A stretch of 64,000 nucleotides of DNA from a virus: the IMG/VR virus record IMGVR_UViG_3300021356_000002; one strand, given 5' to 3'. Within the stretch, counting starts at the first letter, position 1. Every line of letters starts with the position of its first letter. The notes under the pieces were generated by a model, which saw only the letters and a list, made by a program, of their open reading frames with translations, made no database searches and was not told where the DNA came from. Shown in pieces: positions 55,377 to 64,000 of the stretch. Both the position numbers and the translations under genes were made by a program.

Positions 55377-57156
55377 ACGTATCTGTAATAACTGCACGTG
55401 CACGTGATGCTTGATTGTCATAACGAACGATATTGTTTCGTAGAGGACTAATTACTGACGGATTAGCTGGCGTTGCGACAACCCTAATGTATGCACCATT
55501 CAAAATCGTGCCAGTAAAATTAAGTAATGTAATAGTTCCATTCACAGCATCATATGTGCCGGCATTATCGATCAAAGGATTGCCAGATGCAATCTCAATG
55601 ATTTCTATAATGTTTGTGTCTAGCCTATTTTTTAAGACACACGGTTTACTTTGAAAGTTGAAAGGATCCGATTCTACAATGAAATTGTCATCGTCTGGAG
55701 CAGAAATGGCAGCCGCAAAGAAAATAGTTTGTGACGGCGAGCCATCGGGCACAAATCTCTTCTGCATTTTAATGTCCGCTCTACTAGACAATATCGCATC
55801 ATCTGTTGCGTCAATTTCAGTCAACATATTTGAACGACGGAAAGCCTGATTGAATCCACCTGTGCTTGTGTCGAAATAACTCTGCATAGCCGCCAAAACT
55901 GAATTTTCTACTGTTGTTGTATCAAGTGATGTCAACTGTGGATTAAACTGAAATGTCGTAGTAACTTCAAGAAACGTTTCGACAGGATCTGTAAATTGAA
56001 CATCAAACGATGCAATCGACAAATCGTCAGCAAGCGCAGTGATGTCACTTTTCGTGTTCTCAATTACTACGGCATCATCTGTGCTAAAGACGATTGACAG
56101 ATATACAGAGCCATAGTCAGCAGGTATATTATCTTCACCACCCCACGCTTTAATGTCACTCACCACATTAGAAAAGTTTCGTTTAACAAGTGCGGCGTAG
56201 TCTTGTGCTGTTACCATTCGATTCTGGGCTGCCCACTGAAATGGCGCGTTCTTTCGAATAGACTCGATCTCTTCTTTAAATGAACCACTTGAAGAAACAG
56301 AGACAGTAGTAACACTCAACGTCTTGCCGTCGATAGTTGTTGTGGGAACAAATGTTTTACCACCATTGGCTTCTGGTCCAGCAACAGCAGAGTAGATGAC
56401 TTCAATCTTGTCACCCGCTTGAGGGAATCGACCAAGTCGAACGCCATTACCAAATGTCAGTTCGTAATAGCCGTTAGGCGATTCTTTCATAACATAAATT
56501 CGTGACGTTTCGTCAATTGTGGTTGTGTCAAAAATATTAATGTATTGATCATATCGATTAGATGTGATACTATCGTATACACGCACAACTACAGTATCGA
56601 GATCGAGATTTTTCACGGGAAGAACGTATGTGTCATTTTCGCTCGATGGACCTGCAATGAAAGTTTTGCGCTTAGTCACTCCTTCATAAATCGGAACGTT
56701 TCGATTGCCATTCAGAGTAAACTGATAAACGCCTGTGCCGTCTGCTAAAGCAGTTAATGCATCTCGCGTCTGAAACGTGTAACTTTTACTGTTGATAGTA
56801 GTAGTGAATTTTGTGCCAGACGGAATAGTCATTGAGGATGGATTGTCGTTGTTTGTGACTTGCAAATTGACCACAGCAAACGAAGCCTTTCTTGATCCTA
56901 CGCTATAGCCTAGACCGCCAGCAAGACCTACGAGAGACGATCTAAGTTGCGCAGAACTTAAAAACGATTCGTTCAAAGCAAAGTTAGCCATTAACGCATT
57001 GTAGTGCGTATTGTAAGCGAGAACATCAAGCAGATTTGAAAGACCAGACGCTTCGAAGTTATAGTCGGCAAACTCCGGTTTCTGTGCCAAAAACAATTTC
57101 AAATTGTTCTTGATCGTGTTAAAATCTAGTTCTGTTGACTTAATGGTAGTCGCCAT
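55372..57156 (-). CDS. gp6: baseplate wedge subunit
   Basis: LDFNTIKNNLK, DYNFEASGLSNLLDVLAYNTHYN, NESFLSSAQLRSS, AQNRMVTAQDY. Confidence 0.95.
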   Translation of the reverse strand: MATTIKSTELDFNTIKNNLKLFLAQKPEFADYNFEASGLSNLLDVLAYNTHYNALMANFALNESFLSSAQLRSSLVGLAGGLGYSVGSRKASFAVVNLQVTNNDNPSSMTIPSGTKFTTTINSKSYTFQTRDALTALADGTGVYQFTLNGNRNVPIYEGVTKRKTFIAGPSSENDTYVLPVKNLDLDTVVVRVYDSITSNRYDQYINIFDTTTIDETSRIYVMKESPNGYYELTFGNGVRLGRFPQAGDKIEVIYSAVAGPEANGGKTFVPTTTIDGKTLSVTTVSVSSSGSFKEEIESIRKNAPFQWAAQNRMVTAQDYAALVKRNFSNVVSDIKAWGGEDNIPADYGSVYLSIVFSTDDAVVIENTKSDITALADDLSIASFDVQFTDPVETFLEVTTTFQFNPQLTSLDTTTVENSVLAAMQSYFDTSTGGFNQAFRRSNMLTEIDATDDAILSSRADIKMQKRFVPDGSPSQTIFFAAAISAPDDDNFIVESDPFNFQSKPCVLKNRLDTNIIEIIEIASGNPLIDNAGTYDAVNGTITLLNFTGTILNGAYIRVVATPANPSVISPLRNNIVRYDNQASRARAVITDTL

Positions 57157-57168
57157 TTTTTACTCCGA

Positions 57169-57930
57169 TTAATCGATAACTTGTTCTGGTAGCAAGAAGT
57201 CTTCGCCGTTCTGTAGTGATATCTGATCACCATCTGGCACTGTAAGAATACCCTCAAGAAGATCAGAATCAATAAGCAGTACGCCTTCAATAAAGCCATT
57301 GAACAATGCGAAGATCATATCTGAATCTGGATCTGTCAGCAGTGCATCAACAGGCGGTATTACCAGATCACGTTTGACCAAATCACCACGATATGTGGCA
57401 AGACGATCATCATTCTCTGCACGAATAATATCATTGTAGATAATAAACGGCTCGGTTGTAATCGGCAGTGAAGGAATTTCAGTTGGCGCAGATGGATTAA
57501 GAGAAACTTTTAGTGTTTCAACTAATCCAGTAGCGACTACTCTAAACTCAACCACCACCGATACATTATTGTAATCTGGTGTTGCTACAACTTTAACATT
57601 TAATACTTTAGCCCTAGGCTCGTAACGCTGAATTGCTTTCTTTATTTTGCCGATGATCTCTTCACCGGTGTCTTCATCCATCAACTCAAATAGAAGACCA
57701 CCAAGATCAGCGCCATAATTTGGACGATACGGCTTTTCGAATCTGTTCGTCATCAACAGATTCTTAACAGCCTGTTTTACAGAAGCCGCATCAGTCTTTT
57801 TAAAAACATCTCCGTCAGAAGTTGGCGTTCTGGCATTTAAAGACAAGTCAATATCCGAGTAGTCACGCTCTTTTACAACGCGAATGCTCGTTTCTAGATT
57901 GCCGTCTTCTGTAGAGAATTTTTTAGCCAT
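57169..57930 (-). CDS. gp25: baseplate wedge subunit with C-terminal extension
   Basis: YSDIDLS, SVKQAVKNLLMTN.FEKPYRPNYG, IQRYEPRA. Confidence 0.9.
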   Translation of the reverse strand: MAKKFSTEDGNLETSIRVVKERDYSDIDLSLNARTPTSDGDVFKKTDAASVKQAVKNLLMTNRFEKPYRPNYGADLGGLLFELMDEDTGEEIIGKIKKAIQRYEPRAKVLNVKVVATPDYNNVSVVVEFRVVATGLVETLKVSLNPSAPTEIPSLPITTEPFIIYNDIIRAENDDRLATYRGDLVKRDLVIPPVDALLTDPDSDMIFALFNGFIEGVLLIDSDLLEGILTVPDGDQISLQNGEDFLLPEQVID

Positions 57931-57955
57931 TGTAAACCTAAAAAGCTTTTTCGTT

Positions 57956-57963
57956 TATTTATA
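57956..57963 (-). promoter_or_regulatory. T4 late promoter TATAAATA
   Basis: Exact match upstream of gp25. Confidence 0.8.
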
Positions 57964-58701
57964 TCAATCGTCAGGAAGAATTTCTAGCAGTTCGTTTTTA
58001 GTCTGAAGTTCGCCGTTATATGTTGTCTCTACGTTGTACGAGTACGAAACGTCATAACTCGATGGCACCTCAGGCATTTCTAAAACTATTTGGCACGTTA
58101 AGTCACCATTTGGATCGTATGTGTCGTAATCCAGGGTTAATTTGTCGTAATCGATGTAATCTTTCCAAAACACCGCTAGATCAAATGTCTTGCGTGGATC
58201 AGTCTTGCCATTCTTATCAATTAACTGATACACAATTGCTCGACCCTCTCTGCGCAAATCGTTTACGCTACCACCGCTGGGTCGTTCACCAACATACAAA
58301 GGAATACGTGCAATCCATCCTTCGGGTCCTTTACCAAAAGAACCGCCATCGTTTTCACGTGCAAGTTTCTTTGCCTGATCTTTTGATCCAGCTGGTATTT
58401 CTTGAATCTCAAATTTTGGATTTGGCTCGTAGATACCTTCAGACACAATTAGTCGATGCTGTCCGAACGTCATATTGCCAATCACCGTCTTCATTGCATT
58501 TGCGTGTAACACAAGATTACGTGCAATCTGTTTTAGATCGGGCGCTCCAAAAAAGCCTTTTGCATACAGCTTTTCAAACTGTGTACGTGAGCCACGCGCA
58601 CCCAGAAACTTTGCGCACGTGATGCCTGGACCTAGTTTAGTCGATGACGTAATCTGACTTTCAAACTCAGGATTATATTGTGGATCAACTAATATCTTCA
58701 T
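57964..58701 (-). CDS. hypothetical protein, possibly a degenerate peptidase M15-like domain
   Basis: KLGPGIT, ARNL, IVSEGIY, GRAIVY, YDKLTLDY echo the M15A layout but the Zn ligands are not evident. Confidence 0.45.
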   Translation of the reverse strand: MKILVDPQYNPEFESQITSSTKLGPGITCAKFLGARGSRTQFEKLYAKGFFGAPDLKQIARNLVLHANAMKTVIGNMTFGQHRLIVSEGIYEPNPKFEIQEIPAGSKDQAKKLARENDGGSFGKGPEGWIARIPLYVGERPSGGSVNDLRREGRAIVYQLIDKNGKTDPRKTFDLAVFWKDYIDYDKLTLDYDTYDPNGDLTCQIVLEMPEVPSSYDVSYSYNVETTYNGELQTKNELLEILPDD

Positions 58702-60164
58702 TACTTATTCACTCGGAATCGTTTGCTTCTGTTTTCAGCAGGATTGTTGCCTATCAAGTTAGTACCAAATCGAATCGTGCCCTGCTTCGAAGCAGATCGA
58801 CCAATGTTCTTTGGTATGTTCTTCTTAAAGTCTTTATTGAGTTTACCCTGTGACACAAGATAACTCGTAAACTTACCGTTATTGAAATGTTGCGGATCAC
58901 GCAACTTAGAACGTACTTCAGAGATCGTTGGATCAAAGTTAAATAGTTCTTCATAATCGTCTGACTTGAGAATCTTGTCTTTTAATTTGGGATCTACTAC
59001 TACGTTACGAACACCATAATTGCTCGATGCCAACTGCATTTCTACTACCGCTGGATTAGGAATAGGTGCAGTAGCGGGCAAAGGAATGTACGGCATAATC
59101 CCCGGCTTGGGCGGCACAGGAATTGGAGGCTTTCCAGCGCCAAGTTTAATCGCTTTCAATGCTGTAGCGGCAGCACCTGCACTCTTTGAAAAACCAGCTT
59201 GTGATGCAAACATTGCATAGTCAGCGTGAAATGCTTCAGTCGCACGACCGACAAGTGAGCCATAAAACGTAGCCAACTGTGTGATGCCTGCAGGAAAACC
59301 ACCGTACGTCTTGCCGTAGTGATCAAGCAGAGGTCCACCAATCGTGCCTTTGTGACCAATCATACTTACGTGACGTGCAGTAATGTTTGCTGTAGAAGAT
59401 GCGGCTACCCACTCATTTACAGCAGTTGTGATAAGATTTTCTCCTGCTAGTATTTCAGTTGTGCCCTGAGTAAACTGATTGAGATCGCCTCCTGTAATAA
59501 GATTCTGATCACCAAGCACTGTAGACGTAGCCATCTCTACAACCTGTTCGCTTCGTGAACCACGTATTGTGTAGTTCTGATCGCGATTGACTACTTTTGT
59601 GTGTCTTCCTTTGATGTCTTCTTTCTTGTCTCCGGCAACATTGAGATTGTAATTACCAGCAACATCCACATTGAAATCACCGTCGATACGTAGATTAACA
59701 TTACCTTTGTAAACAAGTGTTCCTTCTCCCTCGACGATAGTGGTTGCGTCTCCCTGAGATACTTCTACTCGCTGAGACTTAGATGATATGACAACAGAAC
59801 CGTCAGCCCGCATTTCGATGCCAGCACCGGTACGATGCTTGAACAATACGCGCTCACCACCAGGAGTGTCATCGATTTCGATAACGTGACCAGATGGCGT
59901 TTCTTGCACTTGATTGTATGGGTATTGTGACGGCTTCTGGTCAGGCACGTCAAGTGCGACTCCAAAGTCTCCACCACCCAAATCGAGATTGTTGATTCTT
60001 TCGCCCGTTGCGGCTTTGTTTACACTAGTACCGAAAAAGTAATCGCGATTAGGATACTCACCAGACGCATCAGCGAAGCCTTCGTTAGGAACGCCAACAG
60101 TTTCTTCTTGACCTTCGCCAAGTTCATTGATTCTGCCTTGAAGATCGTCTAACTTATTCGTCAT
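58701..60164 (-). CDS. gp5: baseplate hub gp5, central and beta-helix part
   Basis: GFADASGEYP, YPYNQVQETPSGHVIEIDDTPGGER...HRTG, followed by VxGxxxxx octapeptide repeats. Confidence 0.85.
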   Translation of the reverse strand: MTNKLDDLQGRINELGEGQEETVGVPNEGFADASGEYPNRDYFFGTSVNKAATGERINNLDLGGGDFGVALDVPDQKPSQYPYNQVQETPSGHVIEIDDTPGGERVLFKHRTGAGIEMRADGSVVISSKSQRVEVSQGDATTIVEGEGTLVYKGNVNLRIDGDFNVDVAGNYNLNVAGDKKEDIKGRHTKVVNRDQNYTIRGSRSEQVVEMATSTVLGDQNLITGGDLNQFTQGTTEILAGENLITTAVNEWVAASSTANITARHVSMIGHKGTIGGPLLDHYGKTYGGFPAGITQLATFYGSLVGRATEAFHADYAMFASQAGFSKSAGAAATALKAIKLGAGKPPIPVPPKPGIMPYIPLPATAPIPNPAVVEMQLASSNYGVRNVVVDPKLKDKILKSDDYEELFNFDPTISEVRSKLRDPQHFNNGKFTSYLVSQGKLNKDFKKNIPKNIGRSASKQGTIRFGTNLIGNNPAENRSKRFRVNK

Positions 60165-62112
60165 CGCTTAAAATCTCGTCAACTGTTAGTGGTGCTTGAT
60201 TCAGTATGTCAGTAAACTTCGATGTCTTTCCAAAAACGTTTTCAACGTAGTTGATGACTTCAAAGCCAGGATCAACTTCTTCTTCGTCAATCTCGCTGTG
60301 ACCAACGATTTGACCACCAGGAAATACTGCATAAAATGCTCGACAAAAATGATCGAATGTGTTAAGCTGGCTACGGGTCAATGACTGCGAAGACAAAAAG
60401 TTTTCTGGGTTTGGTGTACCAGACGGCACATTGATTCCACCCACAAACACAACGCCTATACTTCTTTCGTCATGATTATTCGTTGGCGCATGTTGACCCT
60501 TAGTGTTGATCGGTCTCGCTCTTTGCAGTGATCCGTCTCGACGAATGACATAGTGGTAGCCAATTCCATCGAGTCCCAACTCCAAGTGGTATTTATTTAT
60601 TTCTTCTGAACCAATATTCTTGTCAGTGTGCGTTTCTGTCCAGTGAACAACTGCCTCAGTAATGTCGCGTTTAGCATAGCGAAGTTCTGCCTGCAATTCT
60701 TCAATCGAAGAAATGTATGGGAATCTAGGATCATCTTGCCCTTTGTTCCATTCTTTTTCGTAATTACCAATTACATAAGGTTCATTAAACACAGCGTCCT
60801 CAGGAGACACTCTGGTCGAATTTTCTATGGTAGTGTCAATTGTCTTTAAGAATTGGCGGATCGTGTCAACTGGTTTACCTGTCTTATCAAACAAGAGGCG
60901 AACAGCCTTTGAAATTTCGTCAGAACTGCCCTGCGACCAGTTGATAATGTTATTGACTTCTTCTGAACTTAATTTGCCATTTCCAAAATCACGAACCTGC
61001 TTCTTGACATCTGTAAGTGTTTCTGTACTAATACCTTGAATAACACCTGTCTCAGAACCTTTCGCAACACGTGTCTTCACAAGTGAGCGATATGCATCAC
61101 CCTTTGAAGTATAGTTTGCACGTGAACCCGAAGCTCCTTGTACGGAGTTTAAAACAGCTTCACCATCTTTACCGCCAGTAAGATTTTCGAAGTCAGACTT
61201 AGCGCCTTCTAGATTCTGCTTGATGTTCTTCGCATCAGTAAATGAGTTTGACAGGTCTGCAATAGGATTGGTCTTGTTCTTGAGAATGCCTGTATTAAAC
61301 TCAGAACTGTCTGTGTTGCCTGCCGTAATTCTAGACGATACTTCATTGACGGTGTTGTATATCAATTCGCCAGCACCATCAGAATCAATACTAGTAATCT
61401 TTTGTACCGTAGTGTTTAGATTAGAAATATTTGAAAGAGTATCACCGACAGCCGTTTCTAATTCATCGGTTACACTCGTGATAGCATTACTTGCAAAATC
61501 TTTAATACCTTGTGCAGAAAATGCGCCCATCTTTCCATCTAATAAATCTTTACCTGCATCAAGAATGCCTTGAGGACTACCTTCTACAATCGCTTTCTGT
61601 AGATTACCTGCGTCAACGCCCAAGCCCGTGATCAACTGTAGCACTGCGGCTACTGTGCCTGAAATGCCGCCCTCTGCATCGAGCGATGCTTCGATAGGAA
61701 ATACAATGCCGTTTGAATCTGGTTCGCTGAATGTGACTTCGACCTTAGATGCAAACTTAGAAGCAAGATTAGAAATGGCTTCTTCAACCATTTCAGTTCC
61801 CATGTTCTCAAGGCTTTCAATTCCGTCGTCGAGCAAGCCTTCTACAGTGCCAGCAGGATCGTTCAGTTTATCCTGAAACTTATCAAATTTTGACGAAAGG
61901 CTTTGAATGCCGCCTTCTACTTGTCCAGCAATACTGCCCGCAGTAGTTTCTAAAGAATTTGTGAGATCATTTGCCGCTTGAGTCGCAGTCGATTCCAACT
62001 GTGATGTGTCAATCGATGACGCAGTGTTTGCTACTTCATCCGCTAACTGTTCTTTCGCCGTCTTTGCGGCTTGTTTGACAAGCGTTTGACCCGCTTCTAT
62101 TTTAGATACCAT
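60154..62112 (-). CDS. N-acetylmuramoyl-L-alanine amidase (Amidase_2/T7-lysozyme type) with long helical N-terminus
   Basis: VVHWTET, IGYHYVIRRDGS, GQHA, SIGVVFVGG, IVGHSE, DPGF. Confidence 0.85.
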   Translation of the reverse strand: MVSKIEAGQTLVKQAAKTAKEQLADEVANTASSIDTSQLESTATQAANDLTNSLETTAGSIAGQVEGGIQSLSSKFDKFQDKLNDPAGTVEGLLDDGIESLENMGTEMVEEAISNLASKFASKVEVTFSEPDSNGIVFPIEASLDAEGGISGTVAAVLQLITGLGVDAGNLQKAIVEGSPQGILDAGKDLLDGKMGAFSAQGIKDFASNAITSVTDELETAVGDTLSNISNLNTTVQKITSIDSDGAGELIYNTVNEVSSRITAGNTDSSEFNTGILKNKTNPIADLSNSFTDAKNIKQNLEGAKSDFENLTGGKDGEAVLNSVQGASGSRANYTSKGDAYRSLVKTRVAKGSETGVIQGISTETLTDVKKQVRDFGNGKLSSEEVNNIINWSQGSSDEISKAVRLLFDKTGKPVDTIRQFLKTIDTTIENSTRVSPEDAVFNEPYVIGNYEKEWNKGQDDPRFPYISSIEELQAELRYAKRDITEAVVHWTETHTDKNIGSEEINKYHLELGLDGIGYHYVIRRDGSLQRARPINTKGQHAPTNNHDERSIGVVFVGGINVPSGTPNPENFLSSQSLTRSQLNTFDHFCRAFYAVFPGGQIVGHSEIDEEEVDPGFEVINYVENVFGKTSKFTDILNQAPLTVDEILSDDE

Positions 62113-62981
62113 TATGAAAAGACCTCATCGTACGCTCTCTGTGCGAGCCTATCAGTTTGATTAGTTCCTTTGATATAGTCGCGATTAATAATAGCACTCG
62201 CATCTTTAATATTTGTGGTCACAATTAATTTGCTGTTTGCGAGATTGAATCTTGTTCTCAGTTCATACAGAACGAATTGTAACTGTAAAGAAAATAGTCT
62301 CCAGTCTGAGCTAGGAGAAAACTTAACAGCAAAGTTCAATAGATCAGCAAATCGACTACCGACTTCTGTAGTGTTCTTCCATTTTACAATTCCAACGGTG
62401 GCAGATGTAGTATCGTCATCGTACGTTACAAAAGATGACTTACCCTCAATTGCGCCCGTAATAGCCGCGGCATGTATAATCTCGTAGCCGTTGTCAATAA
62501 AAAACTTCATACACTGTTGACGGCGAAGACCGACACCAACGTCATCTTCACGATCATCTTTTAAAGGTGTTGTGACAACATTCTGAAGTCTTTCTTGGTT
62601 ATATTCGAACTTGTCTTCGAACGAAATACTACGACCGCTTTGTATAGCAGTAGGAAATTCAACACGAGGCACAGAACCCAACACTAAAGGAATCTGCGAA
62701 GAGCAACCGTCAAGAAAAACACCAAACACAAATGCGCCAGACGTTAGTTGAGGAATACGACCAATGCCAGATGAGCCGCCTTCGGTTGTCGGTAACAAGA
62801 CTTGTGCCCATGGCAGATCGCGCTCTGGTATTTCGTCTGTGACGGGATTGTGCACTCCGTAGATACGCACTTTCACGCGCCCTTCAAGACCTGCTGGCGG
62901 ATGAGAGTTTACTACCGTACCGAAGAACCAGCGATAGTCATCACCGTAATACTCTTTTTGTATGGGTCTTAGTACATTCAT
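62112..62981 (-). CDS. gp5 N-terminal OB-fold domain fused to a phage-tail-lysozyme-like domain
   Basis: WFFGTVVN...GRVKVRIYGVH...LPWAQV...VFGVFLDG..SQIPLVLG; then AAAITGAI...GIVKW...R...QLQFVLYEL. Confidence 0.85.
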   Translation of the reverse strand: MNVLRPIQKEYYGDDYRWFFGTVVNSHPPAGLEGRVKVRIYGVHNPVTDEIPERDLPWAQVLLPTTEGGSSGIGRIPQLTSGAFVFGVFLDGCSSQIPLVLGSVPRVEFPTAIQSGRSISFEDKFEYNQERLQNVVTTPLKDDREDDVGVGLRRQQCMKFFIDNGYEIIHAAAITGAIEGKSSFVTYDDDTTSATVGIVKWKNTTEVGSRFADLLNFAVKFSPSSDWRLFSLQLQFVLYELRTRFNLANSKLIVTTNIKDASAIINRDYIKGTNQTDRLAQRAYDEVFS

Positions 62982-64000
62982 AGTTTAAAGTTCCGAGGCA
63001 GATCGCCCAACTTAGTCAGTCGTAATACTGAAGTGTGCTTTTCGCTCACCAACTTATGATTTATAGCCAGTATTAAATAGTCACCAGATTTTCTCTTGTC
63101 GATTTGCTTCAGCGTGTCTTTGTCATCTCCCTCAACGTTTGAGTTGAGGAACAGTATTCGTATCTTTTTGCCGACTGGCACAGTTCCCTGGAAGAAAAGA
63201 GAGCCATTCATTCCAATATCAATGATATTCTTTTTCAGAATCATTCGAATGATCTTGTTCTTCACCTTCAGGCGCGACTCTATGATGGTGTTGTTGTCAT
63301 CAAGAATCGAAGTTTCGTCATGATAACTCTTAAACTGATTGTATGTGCCGCTAGAGAATATTTGGTGTATGTGTAACGAGTTGTATTCGTCAGATAACTT
63401 ACCGTTAATTTCTAAAGACGGATCAAAGATGCTCTGTATCGTATCTGGCGAAATGGTCTCTGTAGAATAAAATTCGTCAACGATGTCTCTGATTGTTACA
63501 TGGCTGCCTACCACAACGCCTGTGCCTGCGTCGATGTTTGCATAGTACGATCCTATTGCACCATTCTCGTACATGGCTTGCGCGTTCTCAGAACCAGCTT
63601 CACGGAATGACATGATTTCATAATAAGGTCGTAGATTATCATCTGTGTCTGGTGCTGAGTTAATTGCCGCACTGTATCGCAAAGGCAGTTTGTCGTTAAT
63701 TACATCCTCTTTTAGCAGACTGTCTAGATCAGACAGAATGAGACGATCAGCATACAAAGATGCGTACAGAAAGATCGGCGAGCCTGTGCGAGTCGTAGCA
63801 CGGTCACGAATCCATTGAATCGCTTCTAGTGGACTCATGTAGGGCACTAGTATTTTTCGAATGCCTTGAATTGATCCTTCGAAGAATTGCGGCGTAACTT
63901 CTTTGCCTAACTCATTGTCAGCAATTGTTCCAATAATGTTTTCAAGAGTGTCTGTGTACGATCGGCTAAACTGTTTGATCGAGTCAACGTAGAGATGTTC
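62978..64000 (-). CDS. baseplate hub-like protein (gp27/late control D type), C-terminal part; start lies beyond the window
   Basis: Frame is open to the window end (EHLYVDSIKQFSRSY...). C-terminal SGDYLILAINH motif; directly upstream of gp5. Confidence 0.65.
   Translation of the reverse strand, partial: EHLYVDSIKQFSRSYTDTLENIIGTIADNELGKEVTPQFFEGSIQGIRKILVPYMSPLEAIQWIRDRATTRTGSPIFLYASLYADRLILSDLDSLLKEDVINDKLPLRYSAAINSAPDTDDNLRPYYEIMSFREAGSENAQAMYENGAIGSYYANIDAGTGVVVGSHVTIRDIVDEFYSTETISPDTIQSIFDPSLEINGKLSDEYNSLHIHQIFSSGTYNQFKSYHDETSILDDNNTIIESRLKVKNKIIRMILKKNIIDIGMNGSLFFQGTVPVGKKIRILFLNSNVEGDDKDTLKQIDKRKSGDYLILAINHKLVSEKHTSVLRLTKLGDLPRNFKL

Noticed and set aside
1-64000. tRNA genes, alternative genetic code, photosynthesis or other auxiliary metabolic genes
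   Set aside because: Intergenic gaps are short with no cloverleaf seen. Core genes translate full length in the standard code. No AMG was recognised, so no cyanobacterial host is claimed.

Overview
This 64 kb window comes from a T4-like (Tevenvirinae/Kyanoviridae-like) myophage, most similar in gene content and order to marine T4-like phages. The host cannot be determined from this window. Almost every gene is on the minus strand. The left end holds the replication, recombination and late-transcription block: gp45 (partial), gp46, gp47, gp55, uvsW and uvsY. Then follows the structural module: gp3, gp23, gp22, gp21, gp68, gp67, gp20, gp19, gp18, gp17, gp16, a displaced gp7-like wedge protein, fibre genes, gp15-14-13, more fibre and tailspike genes, a VrlC/DUF4815-like protein, gp8, gp6, gp25, a gp5 split over several ORFs, and a partial hub protein. 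T4 late promoters (TATAAATA), sigma70-type promoters and intrinsic terminators are visible. The most striking feature is a 2078-aa protein with two ~770-aa arms of Y/F-x-G-x tetrapeptides that are mirror-registered around a central non-repetitive domain. Twenty-one punctuation units pair up with identical spacing on both arms, which implies a giant antiparallel beta-hairpin needle. It lies in one late transcription unit with a DxD glycosyltransferase and a 2OG-Fe(II) oxygenase-like gene. Many other virion proteins are strongly enriched in Asp-Ser(-Ala), a candidate modification sequon. Other notable items are a subtilisin-cupredoxin fusion carrying the same YxG repeats, phycobiliprotein-like CxRD repeats inside a tailspike, and a convergent pair of late-expressed secreted paralogues. 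All calls come from reading motifs by eye; no searches were run.
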